Shown here piece after piece: positions 39,965-53,465 of a stretch of DNA of 64,000 nucleotides; positions within the stretch are counted from its first letter, which is position 1, and the number at the start of each line of letters is the position of its first letter. The notes under the pieces are model-generated. The model did not search any database, had not been told where the DNA came from, and was given only the letters and a program-made list of their open reading frames with translations. The DNA is from Kudoa neothunni. Taxonomy: Eukaryota; Animalia; Cnidaria. The translations under genes were made by a program, and so were the position numbers. Location: assembly GCA_964304625.1 (NCBI GenBank), contig OZ199840.1, positions 10,755,024 to 10,819,023 of the forward strand. Reading direction: 5' to 3'.

Positions 39965-42960
39965 TTAATCTTTTTTCTTCTTCAATACTACGATTCCACC
40001 TATCGTTACGACCACAACCACAGCAACGCATGCAATAATGATTCTATAAAAAGGTTAGTTCATATATCAATATTTAAAGATGTTTACATAAGTTTAGTTT
40101 TATCCCTAAAAAACATTAAATAAAATTAAATAAAATCACTTTACTAAACTCACCCTGAGCTACTTTTAGCTCCTACGATATATAACATTAAATCACACTG
40201 TGAACAAATAATATACCTTGTTGTATGTCCGCACCACCGAAAATATTGTTATCTTGAGCACTGTAAACAGTCAAATAATAGTTATTCCAATCAGGTAAAT
40301 TATTTATTTTGAACTCTTTACAGGTTTCAAAGGCAGTGCATCTGTCTACATTTTTTCCCATGCAAGATTTTACTACCGCATTAGACTTGACACTACTGTT
40401 ACGTAACTCCCATTTGCATTTTGATTTATCGTTCATGCCGGCTGGGAGTGTGGTGGTTACAATGAAACTGTTCCCATCACGTGTAATGACGACTGATATC
40501 AATTTTGAGGAGTCAGTTGGGTTTACTTGTGGTGCACCTAATATAAGTTTCGTTTAAAAAATTCATAATAGAGACACTAATTGTAATACTTGATTCTATG
40601 ATATGCTCTTTTTGTGAAGATTTTCCGATAGCTGTGACTAAAATTTTGTATGTATTGGCTGCTTCATACTCGGGAAATGTTATGGAACTGCAAAGGGGAT
40701 TTGAAGAACATGTGTTAGTGCTTTTCGCGGCACCAGCACGTTGTGTATTTGAATTATCTGAAACTGACGATTTCGCCTTTGGCATTAGACCACCGTCTGC
40801 TACCATTGGTGTAGCAATTCTAGCTATACTGAGGTCTTTAGAACTTAATCTGGAAACAGGAACTGAAACGGGTGTTGGTGATACTGGGGCGGTAACAGGT
40901 GGCGTTACTTTCGGCACCACTGGACATGTGTAATAGTCTGTGTAATCGTTGCCAGTCTTCTTTTGTATGATATAACTGCATGTTGCACTTGGATCCACGG
41001 AATTTAATTGTGCCTTCAATGCCAAACCATCCAAGGTGATCTTGTGTGTTATCATTAAAGTTGTTAATGCTATTAAAAAATCATAGAATAAATTAAAACT
41101 TCAATAACCTGTTCGTATTTCTTTGTAATCTTTTATATCGTAGTCCATATGTGCGATCACTCTGATGTCATAAAGAGCGTTTGGTTCAAGGTCTTCTAGA
41201 GTAACTTGATCCCTGCAAATTCCTCTACACGGAGTGTTGCCATTACATTTCGCGGGATAAAAGCTATCTAATCCAGCTGGACTCATCAAATACTCACAGG
41301 TAGGTTCATTTTGTCTATTTTCGGGTGAATTTCCACCAACAGCTGTAAGAGAAACTGTCGTATCTGTCTTTGTAGGATCAGTAGTTTCATATGCTTTATC
41401 TCCCTTTTCTGTATAATTCATTATTTTATAAAATTATTATAATGATTTACTTGTTCTTATGAATATATTTTCTTTATAAATCGTTGAAACATCATCTCCT
41501 TCTAATGTGATCTCAATCATATAAGCTTTTCCCTCTGGAAGTTTCTCTATTGTCAATTTAGAGCAATTGGTGCTACATTTATCGTCGTCTGAACTAGCAG
41601 TGGAACATTTTGTTTCTTCTAGAGTGTCTGGTTTGATTTTGTCCGCAAAATAGTGTTTAAGAGTACATTTATCAATTTTCGGGTTATCAGTGCTTTTAAA
41701 TAGGGCACTATCAATTGACACTCCCTGGTGCGTGTACTCTGACAGGAATCCTTCAGTTGATCCAGTAATTGCTAAAGGAAATAAGAAAAAATTAACATTA
41801 ATATACGGATTACTGATTTTAGTTCGTTCGCAATCTCCGAAATTACCACTAGTAGGATTTATGTCGTGGTGCCTTGTTTGGATTAAAATTTTGTAAATCT
41901 TTTTACCCACAATGCCATTGAGTTCGACGTACTTACAAGGGGCGTAACAGCTCTTGTCGGCTTTACCACAAATTGATGTATATTTTAGATTGTTTGTAGT
42001 ATCCTGACCATCTTTTAGACTGAACAAGCATATTTCAGATGATAGCGAGTTAGTGAATTTAATTCCTACTTTGTCCCCAGTTTTGGCAACAATATAAAAC
42101 TGAGGCTTATAAATGTCTATGCTTTTCTTCATGTATTCATTAGGCATATTGTAAAAGAAACTAGGATAATTTTCGCATCTTACTTCATAATACGATAACA
42201 ATAAATCAAAATCAACAATGTTCAATGTATTATCACTAATACAATCGCCCCCCTTGGTACCATCTGCATATTTAATATCCTTATAATAAATAGGACAATT
42301 TACACGTTCACATGTTTTTGCTGCCAATTTCAGCTTATTTTTGCTGGCTGTTTCTGCAGAAAGAGACACGGTAATTTGTGGATTAACCAATAATGCTAAA
42401 TTCAATTTATTTTATTATTAGATAAAATGGATTTACGTATTGAATATCCGAATACTTTTGCTTCTGCCCCCTGAGTGATGTCTTTAATAGTATTTGTGTT
42501 CTCGCCTACGTAGACGAATATGTATTTTGTTCTTGGCGACAACTTTTTGTAATCAATAGTATTCGTATTAATGTCACAATCGACAACACATTTATCGGCA
42601 GCTTCACCATCGGTATTAGCAGTGCAGCTGTCGATGTTCATAAATGCAGCTGCTGGTGGTGCAGCCGAAGTACCAAGAGTGGACGCAATTTCTGCCTCGT
42701 TAGATCTCCTTAAAAGGCACTTTTTTCCATTTGGATATTCAGAGCCTCCAAGATTGATTTTAATTTTGTCTGAGCTATTAACTGTATCTTTCACAATCTG
42801 ATATGTCAGTGTTTTTGTTGTAGCCGGAGCCGCAGCAGGAGAACTTGGACTTGCAACAGCATTGGCTGAGCTTGATAATAAAATACCTATACTTACATCA
42901 GTATTAAAATTAACTCAGGAAGATACCTAAAACAAGGTAAAGAAATCCAGTTATTTTCAT
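39965..42960 (-). CDS. Surface protein copy C (divergent paralog), 10 exons
   Basis: Signal peptide MKITGFLYLVLGILLSSSANA. Shares LSPRTKY, LLVNPQIT, CPIYY...YADGT, YEVRCENYPSFFY, CYAPC, IQTRH and LEPNALYDIRVIAH with A. Microexons at 40154-40172 and 40088-40105; TM and tail IIIIACVAVVVVVTIGGIVVLKKKKD*. Confidence 0.9.
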
Positions 42961-43246
42961 GATTTTCAATTAAATGAGCTACCAATTGATGGTTCGGAAT
43001 ACAATTGACCCGAATTTCACTTATTTATGGATACAACGATTCATTCATTATCAGGTATAAAAACTTTGACTATATAATAATTATTCAAACTATTAACAAA
43101 TTATTTTAAACCAATTTTTTGTTATCTACCTCAAATCGGTGTGGTAAATTATTTAGAACTTTTAATGGAATCATAAGTTTTCCTACATTACATTGTTTTT
43201 AGAGTAATATCGAAGTAAAATATTAAGCTTTAGAAAAATAATGGTA

Positions 43247-45233
43247 CCGAAGGCAATTGGTTTTTCGTACTTTTCAGAGCGCGCGTGTCTTAAAAATCAT
43301 GATAGTTGGGGAATGATTTAAATGGGTTTTAATTAAAATTTTTATTATTTTCTGTTTCATTTAATATAAATAATTAAAAATAAACCCGTTGAATGCTATT
43401 ACCGATTTGAGAAAATTTAATTTTTTTATATTTTAAATGACATTTAACATTTATTTCAAAATCTTATTTATTGTAAGAATAAATTTTCCGTAAAATTCCG
43501 TCTTTGTGATTAAATAAAAATTTATTCTGCTGTAAATTTTGAGCTAAATGATCTCGAATTAAATTATTGCAGCTACAAGAAACGATAGTAATGGTTTTCT
43601 GTTATCTTATCTCACCAATTTTTATCAATTTTGACAATCAATAATGAAAAATTGCTAATAGAAACCAAATAATAACTGAGAAACAACTTTAAGAATCGTT
43701 TTTTTGGAAATAATCAGTTATCTTAGTTTGGCTAAATTTTTTTGAATAATATGTTTGACAACGCACTTTCCAGCTTTATGAACAAGTTGTACGCATCAAT
43801 TGCATTAGGCTTGATGAAACTTTAAAGTTTTTTAATTGATTCTATAACTTCCATCGAAGAAATATCATCGATTAGTAAATCTAAGGATATATCGTCATCA
43901 TAACGGTTCTTTTACCTTTTCTATGTTATGCTGTATGTTAACTGAATCTTCATTATTCATAGAAAATTATCGTGTTCCTCTAGAATCATCTCGTCAATTT
44001 CCACATCAATTTCGGTTTGTTCATCGAGCGTAATTTCATTGTTTATATCTTTATCGTTAGCAGAAGAAAATCTAACTTTAAAACAATTTAATATGGTCTT
44101 ATTTCCAACAGACTCACACGCTTCTTCAATTAAAAATATAGATTCCACGTAATCTGAGGAAGTTGGGAGAGAGCTAGCTTATGTGAATACAAAGAACTTT
44201 TTTATAATTTCTCATTTATATGGCTAAAATCGTTGTGAAAATTAGAAATTGTACTGTCGAATATAAAACAATTTTATTGTAATTTATTCAAAAAATTATT
44301 TATAACAATTATATATTTAATAAATATATGATCAGTCATTCATGCTTTTTCGCTGCACTCATACTTTAGTATAATATTTTTCACATTTTTGGAGCATCTC
44401 GATTTAGAAGAATGCAAAATAATCAAAGGATCGAGTTTCTTACCAGATTTGAAAGCACCAAAGAGGATTGTTATTATTTTTTTTTATTCGATTATAGGCT
44501 TTCTCCTTAGTTTTAATATAGCTCTTTCCTAAAACTGTGCAAACATATACAAACAAAAATTTTAGTTCTTGTTGCTGATAGTATAGCGCAATTTCGTCAA
44601 TTTTAAAAACACAGTCGGGTGAGCAGACCTTTATTACATCTAATAACATCGGAATCCACTTTTAATTGTTTCGCTGTCACGATACAAAAATCATCATGAT
44701 AATTTTGCAATTTTAGGTTGAATATTGATTAAACCATTTAAACTGTTGGTTGTGAATGAATCCACACATAAATAATTTGAGCGAAATTCTCTCATCTTAT
44801 TAATCATATCAATAGAAATTGGCTCTATTTTTTGAGCGCATCAAATTAATCGACTCAAACTTCTCCGAATCAAACTCTTTGTTGATACAATATTTCAATT
44901 TTTTTCGGTGAAGCCATCCCACCTTCACGGGATTTCAATATTTCTTCTTTCTTATCAAGAATTCTATCCAATGTTGAAATTGTAAGAAGTTTAAAATATC
45001 GGACGGTAACATCCCCAGCTCCCTTATTAGACAAATGTTCGAAAAATTCGATTATTTCAAATTCTTACTTAATTGTAACGCTTTTTTTTGTTTTCGTCAT
45101 TCTTTCTTTATTTTTAAACTTTTTTAAATTAAATTTTAATGATATTCTAATATTGAATCTTTACTTTTACAGAAAATTTCAGAGTAAACGAGAAACAAGA
45201 AGTTAAAAAGTACGAAAAATCGATTGCCTACTG
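43247..45233 (-). mobile_element. Decayed pogo/Tigger transposon (second family)
   Basis: TIRs ccgaaggcaattggtttttcgtactttt and aaaagtacgaaaaatcgattgcctactg. Peptides ISTLDRILDKKEEILKS, VFKIDEIALYY and GKKLDPLII. Confidence 0.82.
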
Positions 45234-47198
45234 AAATAATATTTATTATAGAGGGTATTTTGGGCTGAAATTTGATATACGCCACCCTTTACGCCCAGTT
45301 CAAAAAGAGAATTATTTTGTAATAAACGAGATTATATTTACTACTAACGATAAGTATGTAATAGTTAATAGTCATTCTAACACGATGTCATACATCACTA
45401 TTTGAAGAGCATTGATAAAACCATTCCACAAATCATTGCAGTTTTTTTCTCCTTCATAGAAATTCAGCAAGGAATTCGGGTAATGTGGAGCGTGTGGTTC
45501 CCCCATTTTTAGCGTTTTTACGACTTTTTCCGTCGGGAGCGGTTCCAAAAAATCTTATATGCTATTCTCATCTGGAGTGAATCAAAATTTTTCTTCTAAT
45601 CGCATATATGACAGTGTAGTAAACAATATAATCTCTATGTTATACACTAGTTTCTGTATTCCACCATGAAGGAATACGATTTTGAGTACATATTGTACAT
45701 CGAACTATTTTTTTATTTTTACATGATATCTTTAAATAAATTAGCAGTAAGTCATTATTGATGGCTGCTGTTCAGACATGTAGAATATTGAAAATTTATC
45801 CAGTCAAAACATTTTTTCTTAATTATAGCAATATAACTATTTTCAGTGTTACATATCTTCCCATTCGAAACGCTCTATCATTTAAGACAATTATTGAGTG
45901 TTAATTGGTAAATTTACTCCTAACTTTGACTTTAAAAAGTAATTATTAACTGGAAAATGTATAAACAACTAATGTATTAGTTCGAAAGAATGTCTAAAAA
46001 TTGAAATAATCTCCAGGAATGAATTTTCTTTGATTGGGAATAAATTCATGAAAAATAAACATAATTACACGATATAGATATAATTTTTTATTTTGATTTT
46101 TTTGATCTGCCATCTATTCAAGAACCATTCGTGTTTATTCATTTTAATAATAAAAATAATAATTCTATGAATATAAATTAACGAACAATTAGCACAATAG
46201 AAAGGTTCGATACACTTAAATACGATGGGAACCATTAAAATAGACTCAAGTTTTTTAAGTAAAATTTCATATGTATAATTGAAAAAAGTTTAAAATGATA
46301 AATTTATATAAGTAATTATCAAAAGATAGTAAAAAAATAATAGTAAGTTGATGTTATTATTATTTTACTAATTAGAAAATTAAATTTGATGTGATAATAA
46401 AAAGTGTGAGATAAATTGGGATTAAGGGATTTTAAATGTATCACTTTCATGAATGATGAAGTTATTTTTACATGCTCCAAATCCTATTATAATAATTCTC
46501 ACTCTAATTTTAGGAAAAATGAAGAATAATAATATTTTGGAGGTACGACATACTTCATTGTTGTGATATACTTATGATAAAATCAAGCAGAAAAATAATC
46601 GGAACTTAATTTTATAAACACATGGCGTGAAAAATGAATTTTTCGCATTATTTTATCTTCGCACTTTATACGAAAAACAAAAAATAAAATTATATTAAAA
46701 ATAAGAACATTTCAATTTTATCAGCGTTAAGTTATTTTAATGTACTTGAATTTAATTTGGATATCCATTTAGTTATAAATTATACTTATTTCCTTAATAT
46801 ATAAAAATAAATCAATTATTTAGTTCTAATTAAAATAAGCGTTTATTAGGTATAATGTTAGTGAATCAATTAGGGATTTTATGTTATGCTTAAATTCATT
46901 AGTATTAATACATTCATTCATTCATTCATCACATCATATTTAATCAATGAACGGTTTACATTAATTATTGTTATTATTTTGTATGCTATATTCATATCAT
47001 ACTGAAATAATATAAACTCTTAATTTTCAGAGGTTATTTAAATAAAAATTATATCGTTTATGTTATATTAAATTATGATTTAATTAGTAAATATTATAAC
47101 GTTTTTTATATAATAGACTTCAACGTAATTGAATAATTCTATTTGAACAAGTGTGACGGTGTGACGGCAACTTCCGTGAGATAATTAGATTCAATACA

Positions 47199-50088
47199 AT
47201 GAAGCTATTATCTCATATTTTGGGAATATCTTTAGTTATTATTTGTAATTACACAACTAATTATAATGATTTCTTAATCAAATTTAGCTAAATGCGTTTT
47301 ACTAAATGGAGAAGGTCCAGCAGCTGTTCCTGAATCTACTCAAAAAGCTCTAAGCTACACTATTGTCAAAGAAACCAATGGAAATAAAGTTAAACTTACT
47401 TTAAGTGGCAATGATTACTCTTCTTCAACAAAATGTTATATTAAAAAATCTGAGGAAAATGCCGAAAATTACGCAGATATAAGTGGATGTCCTGAAAACG
47501 CACATACTGGAGCCTCTGGAAAATGCTGTAGAACCTGTTTAGAAGGTGAAAATAAACTGACCTTTGATCAATTTTCACCAAGGACCAAGTATGTAGCAGT
47601 TTTTACTGGAACTGATGTTGGAACTGCCGTTGGGAAAACTACAGGTGGAACAGTTTTTGGGCTCGAATTGCGTATATAATTATATTTTTATTTATATAAC
47701 ATAAAATCAGGTTTATTGGTGAATCCACAAGTAACAATAACAACTACAGCTGTAACCACAAGAAAACTGAAACTAAGCACTGTTACATGCAAAAAAGTTG
47801 CGTGTCCTATATTTTACAAGGGAGTACAATACGCGGCAGGAACAATGGGAAGTAGTTGTACTGCTGCAAACGGTAGTGATAATGAGGTGGATTTTAATAT
47901 GATGATACCTCATTACGAAATGAGATGTGAACATTATCCCAGTTTTTTTTATAAACTGCAAAACAAATATACTTTGATGAATATGGATGTTTATAAACCC
48001 CAATATTACGTTAAATTTAAAGACATTGATAAAACTAAATATCAAATAAAGTTTACTAATAAATTCCCCTTCGAAATATGTCGTTTCAGTATTAAACTAG
48101 AGTCTACTGAAGTTAGTGCCGCTACATCCAAAGAATATACCTCAAATTGCGGCGGAACAACGAATGATTGCTATGCTCCATGTAATGACGTAGAATTAAC
48201 GTTTGATGCCTCCAAAGTTCTGGTGGAAGTTATGATTCAAACAAGACATTTTCCTTTAGGAAAAGTTAATAACAAATACCTCGGTTATATACAAGAGAAA
48301 TTTGGTAATAAATCATTATTTTTATTTTTAAATAATTGATATTAGTCGTGACTAAACCCTCCACTGCTGACGGAACGTTATTGTCTGCTTTCAAAAAAGA
48401 TGGTGTCACTTTAAACGTCCCCTTATTTAATCCAACCACAGCCCCGAAATTTACCAGCTGTACAGTGACACATTATGCAGCAGACGAACCGACTCCTACT
48501 AGTGGTGTAACAACAAATTGTGGAAGTTCTGGCAGTGGCAACTGTCAAAATGCATGTGACGCACCTTTACCGATAACAGGATTATCTCCCGGAAAACCAT
48601 ATATACTTCTTATTGCAGCCGGGGCATCTGATGGAATAAAAGCTGGTTTTAAGGAGAAAATATTCTTTAGAACAGGTATATAATTTTAACATTTAATTTA
48701 TCGTAAAATTCCTTAAGAAAATGACGAAACAAAAACATTTTCATCAGCGAAACCAACGTTAAGTGAGACAGCGGCCTCAATCAAAGCCATATCTGGAGAT
48801 GACACATTGACAAAAGATGACGCTACATGCGCCTATTATATTAGTCCACGCGGAAAGGATGTGTATGTTTGTGCAATGTGCATCGATAGTTATCCATGTC
48901 GAGGTTTATGCAGGGAAACTCAGAATATTGTTGGATTGAAGCCAGGAATTGAGTATGACCTTAAGGTTGTTGCACATAAAGAGTATGGGTTCAAGGTACA
49001 TCCAATTACAACAGGTATATTAACTAAGATAAATTGAATGAGTTGATTTATAGCAAAATCAACATTCACACTAACAAAGGAATTTGTCGACAAGGGTTTC
49101 AAAATAGTAGGAACATTGTCTACACCTGATTCAGAGGCCAAATGCCACTACAATGTGGAAGTTAAGAAGGGAAATCAATATACTTTAATTCACCAATGCC
49201 CACAAGTACCAATTTCTCCAAAACCAGCTGAAACCCCTTCCAATAAATCAAAGCTTTCCAAAATTATGGTCGCTAGATCAAAAGTTGATTCAACATCCCC
49301 TCAACCCAGCAAAACGACCTCAAATATGCCCACCTATTGCACTGAGCCTCCATCATGTTCTGAGATATTATTCACAACTAACTATGATCGCTCTAAGAAA
49401 TATCGTGTGGTGGTAACTAAGGTAGGAGCACACGACGCAAATATTGAAATTCCAGAGAGTACAATTTTTGCTTTTAATGATAAAATAAAACTGTTATTGT
49501 AATATAATTATTATACTTAGATCCTATAGTAAAAAACCAAGATATAACTAAACAAATTATTATTAGCATTGAGCGTGATGGAAACAAATTAAAGGTTACG
49601 TCTTCACTACCACAGCAGTTCGCTGAGAACACATGTGGATGGGAATTAAGAGACTCAACCAATTCTGAGAACGCTTTAGTTAAATCATGTAATGGAGAAA
49701 ACGATGGAGGTTGCGAAACCCTTCCTAAATGCAAAGCATTTGAAATCACAGGTGTCGAGGACACAAACGATTACCAACTAACAGTTTATGTTAGCAGTGA
49801 TAAAACAATCAATGGAAATAGCCAAATTAAGAAAGGTATATGTGTTATATGCTTAAATTATCAAATTCTTCTTAGGAGAAAGTTACGACACAATGAAATC
49901 AACGTAACTTAGTTTTATTTATTTTTGTCGTTTACAATACTTATTTAGATCAAAAAATACTATGTAAAATTAATATTGTTTATGTGTTTATAAATATTTA
50001 ATGATTTAGAATAATAATAGTCGCAGCCGCTGTAGGTGTGGTTGTTCTAGCGGCGGTCGCTGTGGTTTTCATAAAGAAAAGGAATTAA
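47199..50088 (+). CDS. Surface protein copy D, 10 exons, apparently intact
   Basis: Same exon layout as A with canonical GT-AG introns; MKLLSHILGISLVIISKCVLLNG...VAVVFIKKRN*. Confidence 0.9.
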
Positions 50089-50508
50089 CCAGCTATTTAT
50101 TATTTAATTACAGATTTTATTTATCAATTAATATAATATTTTACTAAATCATTTAATTTATATTTCCGTTTCTATAGCAATTTTCTCTAAATTTTCAGTT
50201 AGCTCACTTAAAATACAATATTTTTTTATCTATTTAAATTAGTTAAAATTAAAAAATCGTGTTTACATCATTTACTTTCTATGATGATCCTACCCATTTA
50301 TACAAAAATATAATTCTAGTCCCATTTATGCTAATTTGACTTGTTTAGCTATGCATGATAATTGCATTATATGATTAATTTTTCATCAGAATTTGGAATT
50401 ATTGGGCGTATTCATTATTTCGATTGATTGAAATTATAATAAGATATGGAGAATGATTATGTTCATTATAGTATAAGATGTGTATAGAACGACTTTAACC
50501 CTATAAGG

Positions 50509-53457
50509 CAGTGGCTCTCAAACGAGGGTTAATTTTACATGACAGGAATTCAATTAATTACCATCAAAATTGGATAGGAGAAATTTTTATATAGTGGGTT
50601 TGTGACGTACTTAATGATTTCTAAGGAATTATATTATCCGGGGCTATAAAACTCAATATAACGTTGACAAACCTGCTTAAAATATATTTAGAGCAGGGGT
50701 TCCAGTTGGTGGAGCGAGATCCATTCAAAGTTAAAATACTTTTTGATAATTTTTTGTTGGAGAAATTATTTATTTTGTGATTTTTATGTCGTAAAAAATT
50801 TTGAATTCAGAATTATTTTTTTAATCTTATCAGTCTTGCCTTATTATAATGCAATAATATATGAACAACCAAATTTAATTTACAGATTAAGTGAATAAAA
50901 ATTTTTCTTTAAATAAATGTGGCAATTTAAGACGAAGGATATGTGTGTAGATTAAAAACAATCCCATTTACACGACCCAGAAATAAGTGATTTTTAGGGT
51001 AAAATCAATTTATTAATCACAAAATAGATTAATTTTAAATTTTTATAATTAATTGCTGCAAGTATTGGAATTTATCCACAAAAATTTTTCATTGCCTAAT
51101 AACGTAACATAATGTAATGAAAATAAATTGAACATCATTATTTTAAAAATTAAACAAAGAAAATTGAGTACAAAAGTTCAGCCAAAAAAATTAAGTTTAA
51201 AGAATTGATAATTACACATTCGAGCGACATCTTACCCACGTGTAATCTCCATTTTGTTTACAAAAACCTAAAAATTCCTTATTCCCTGCATATTTTAGAA
51301 TCCTTTTTACTTTAAACGACATATTATATTTTTTAAAGAACTATTAAACCAACAATAGATTTTAAGTGTTCTATATATTGACATTAAATTTTTCAAATAT
51401 AACAAAAGTAATTTATTCGTGTGTTAATAGATGGAATATATATAACTATTGGTTATAACATTAAAAAACGTTTTTTAGTTTAAATTTTGTTGAGGAGTTT
51501 TCATACGATAGATAAAGGCTAAATTACAGTATACGTGTCTGGTCTCAGCTAACTTCGTTGAATATTCGGTTTCCGCCGCCAGTGACTGCTTTTAAAACAA
51601 TATTCACTTTATTAAACATTGATAAAATAATAATGTTAGATTATGGATATTTTCGAGAGGGTTTATCTTATACCATTAAATTTTTACAGAATATTGGTTT
51701 AGTAAATAGTATCCGCGCTTGTTCTTGTGGTGGAAGTATGTACATAATTTTAAGAAAAGATATTGTCGATAGATGCCATATAAATGCGAAAAATGTTCCA
51801 ACCGATGTTCCATAATAACAGGGTCTTTTTTGAACAGTCAAAGATTCCAATATGGAAATCTTTTCTTCTGATAGTATGCATAATACAGCATCCTAATATG
51901 ACATATGAGAGTTTATGCAATCATTTGGATATTTTGTCTTATCCTACAATATGTGATTGGAGAACAATGATAAAAGATCTGATGGCTTCAATATTGGATC
52001 AAAAGTTTTCAAAAATTGGTGGGAAAGACATTGTGATTCAAATCGATGAAACCGCCATAACAAAGAGAAAATATGATGTGGTCGCATCCTTTGAAGTCAA
52101 CAATATTGGATGACTGGGGAATAGACGAAGATGGTAATTGTTTCCTCAAGATATCTCGAAAAATAAATCGCATAGTCCTAGAAGAAACCATATGCGAGAA
52201 TGTAGAGGAAGGTTCCATTATTTGGACTGATGATTGGGGTGGATACAACCGCATGGAAACATTAGAATTTACCCACGGAACCGTTATTCATAAGCGCTGA
52301 TTTTTTTGTGATGAAGGCGTCCATACGAATAAAATAGAGGCGACATGGGGTGTTTTCAAGCGTAAATATGGAAACGCGACCAATAAAAATCTAGACAGTC
52401 TTGTTAAATACGTGGCCAATTTCTTGTATCGAAGAAAATACCCCGGAAAAGAAATTAGCCCCTTTTTGTGAATACATAATGAGTTTATATATTGCTTAAA
52501 TATTGTTTACGATTCTTATCGAGTGTGAATTTTTTCGCCCCATGTTAGGCACGTATACCGTAATTTAGCTTAATCTTAAATCTTAATAAATAAAGTACAA
52601 GTTTTAAAATTTACACGCACGCTCGCCAAAAAAATAACGGAGATATTTTCAAAGTTTATTTTATATTCAAAATAAATAAAAACTAATATGATATTTGTGG
52701 TCGGTGACTTCGTATTACAGCTACAATCTTTGGATATTTGTTTTCTCCACGTTAAAGCGTTGAATCAAAAGTGATAACTTTTTGGATATTGTTCAAAAGA
52801 GAAAGCAAGTATGGGTCATTCACTTTCCGTTGTTTCAATTGCGACAGAACAACAAGATCCCTAATATCGCAAAATACTCGCTATTCAGAAACTTTTTAAA
52901 GATAAAAAGACGAAACGATAGAAAATTATGTCGAAACTCGGTCTTTTGCATTCAAAATCTAACTCAGATTATTGGAGCACCGTTACCAGCATTCAGTGGT
53001 GTTATAGTTTGGGATTAAGGCCGCGCAAAAGAAAGAGAACTGGAATAAAATAGACTAAAGGTAGTGATGGTATTCCTCCCAGTTTAGTCGTGTCTAAACT
53101 TATATCTCTGTAGCGTGGGCCCCGCGTCGGTCTCCACCGGGTCGCCCACCCGGGAACGACTTCCCTCTTTATTGTGAGGGATTGTGATTCTCGGATTATG
53201 ACAAGTGGGATTTTAACAAATTAAAAGGTTTAAAATCTTTATTATTAAAATTATTCTAAATTTAGATACTTGCTATATGAATAATAATTAATTAAAATGG
53301 ACAAAATTGTTCATATTCGATATCGTCAAACACATCGACAACAGTTATTTAAATTTAGATGCCAATAAAAAATTTTCATACGTATTTCTGCCGCGGATCC
53401 CCTAGGCAAGCTTCACGGAATCCATGGGAACCGTGAAACCCCGGTTGAAAACCACTG
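50509..53457. mobile_element. Charlie/hAT-like non-autonomous element containing nested insertions
   Basis: Ends cagtggctctcaaac and ggttgaaaaccactg; flanks ctataagg / ctctaaag. The same left end occurs after copy B at about 33123. A second hAT-like end at about 50694 makes the left boundary uncertain. Confidence 0.5.
51517..52570 (+). mobile_element. Merlin (IS1595/ISXO2-like) transposon, short TIRs, frameshifted
   Basis: TIRs ggctaaattacagtatacgtg and cacgtataccgtaatttagct. Peptides IGGKDIVIQIDET..TKRKY, GSIIWTDDWGGY and GVHTNKIEATW. Confidence 0.9.
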
Positions 53458-53465
53458 CTCTAAAG

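Noticed and set aside
53040-53200. GC-rich patch (gcgtgggccccgcgtcgg...) as a structured RNA or tRNA
   Set aside because: No tRNA cloverleaf or recognisable RNA family; it lies within nested mobile-element debris.
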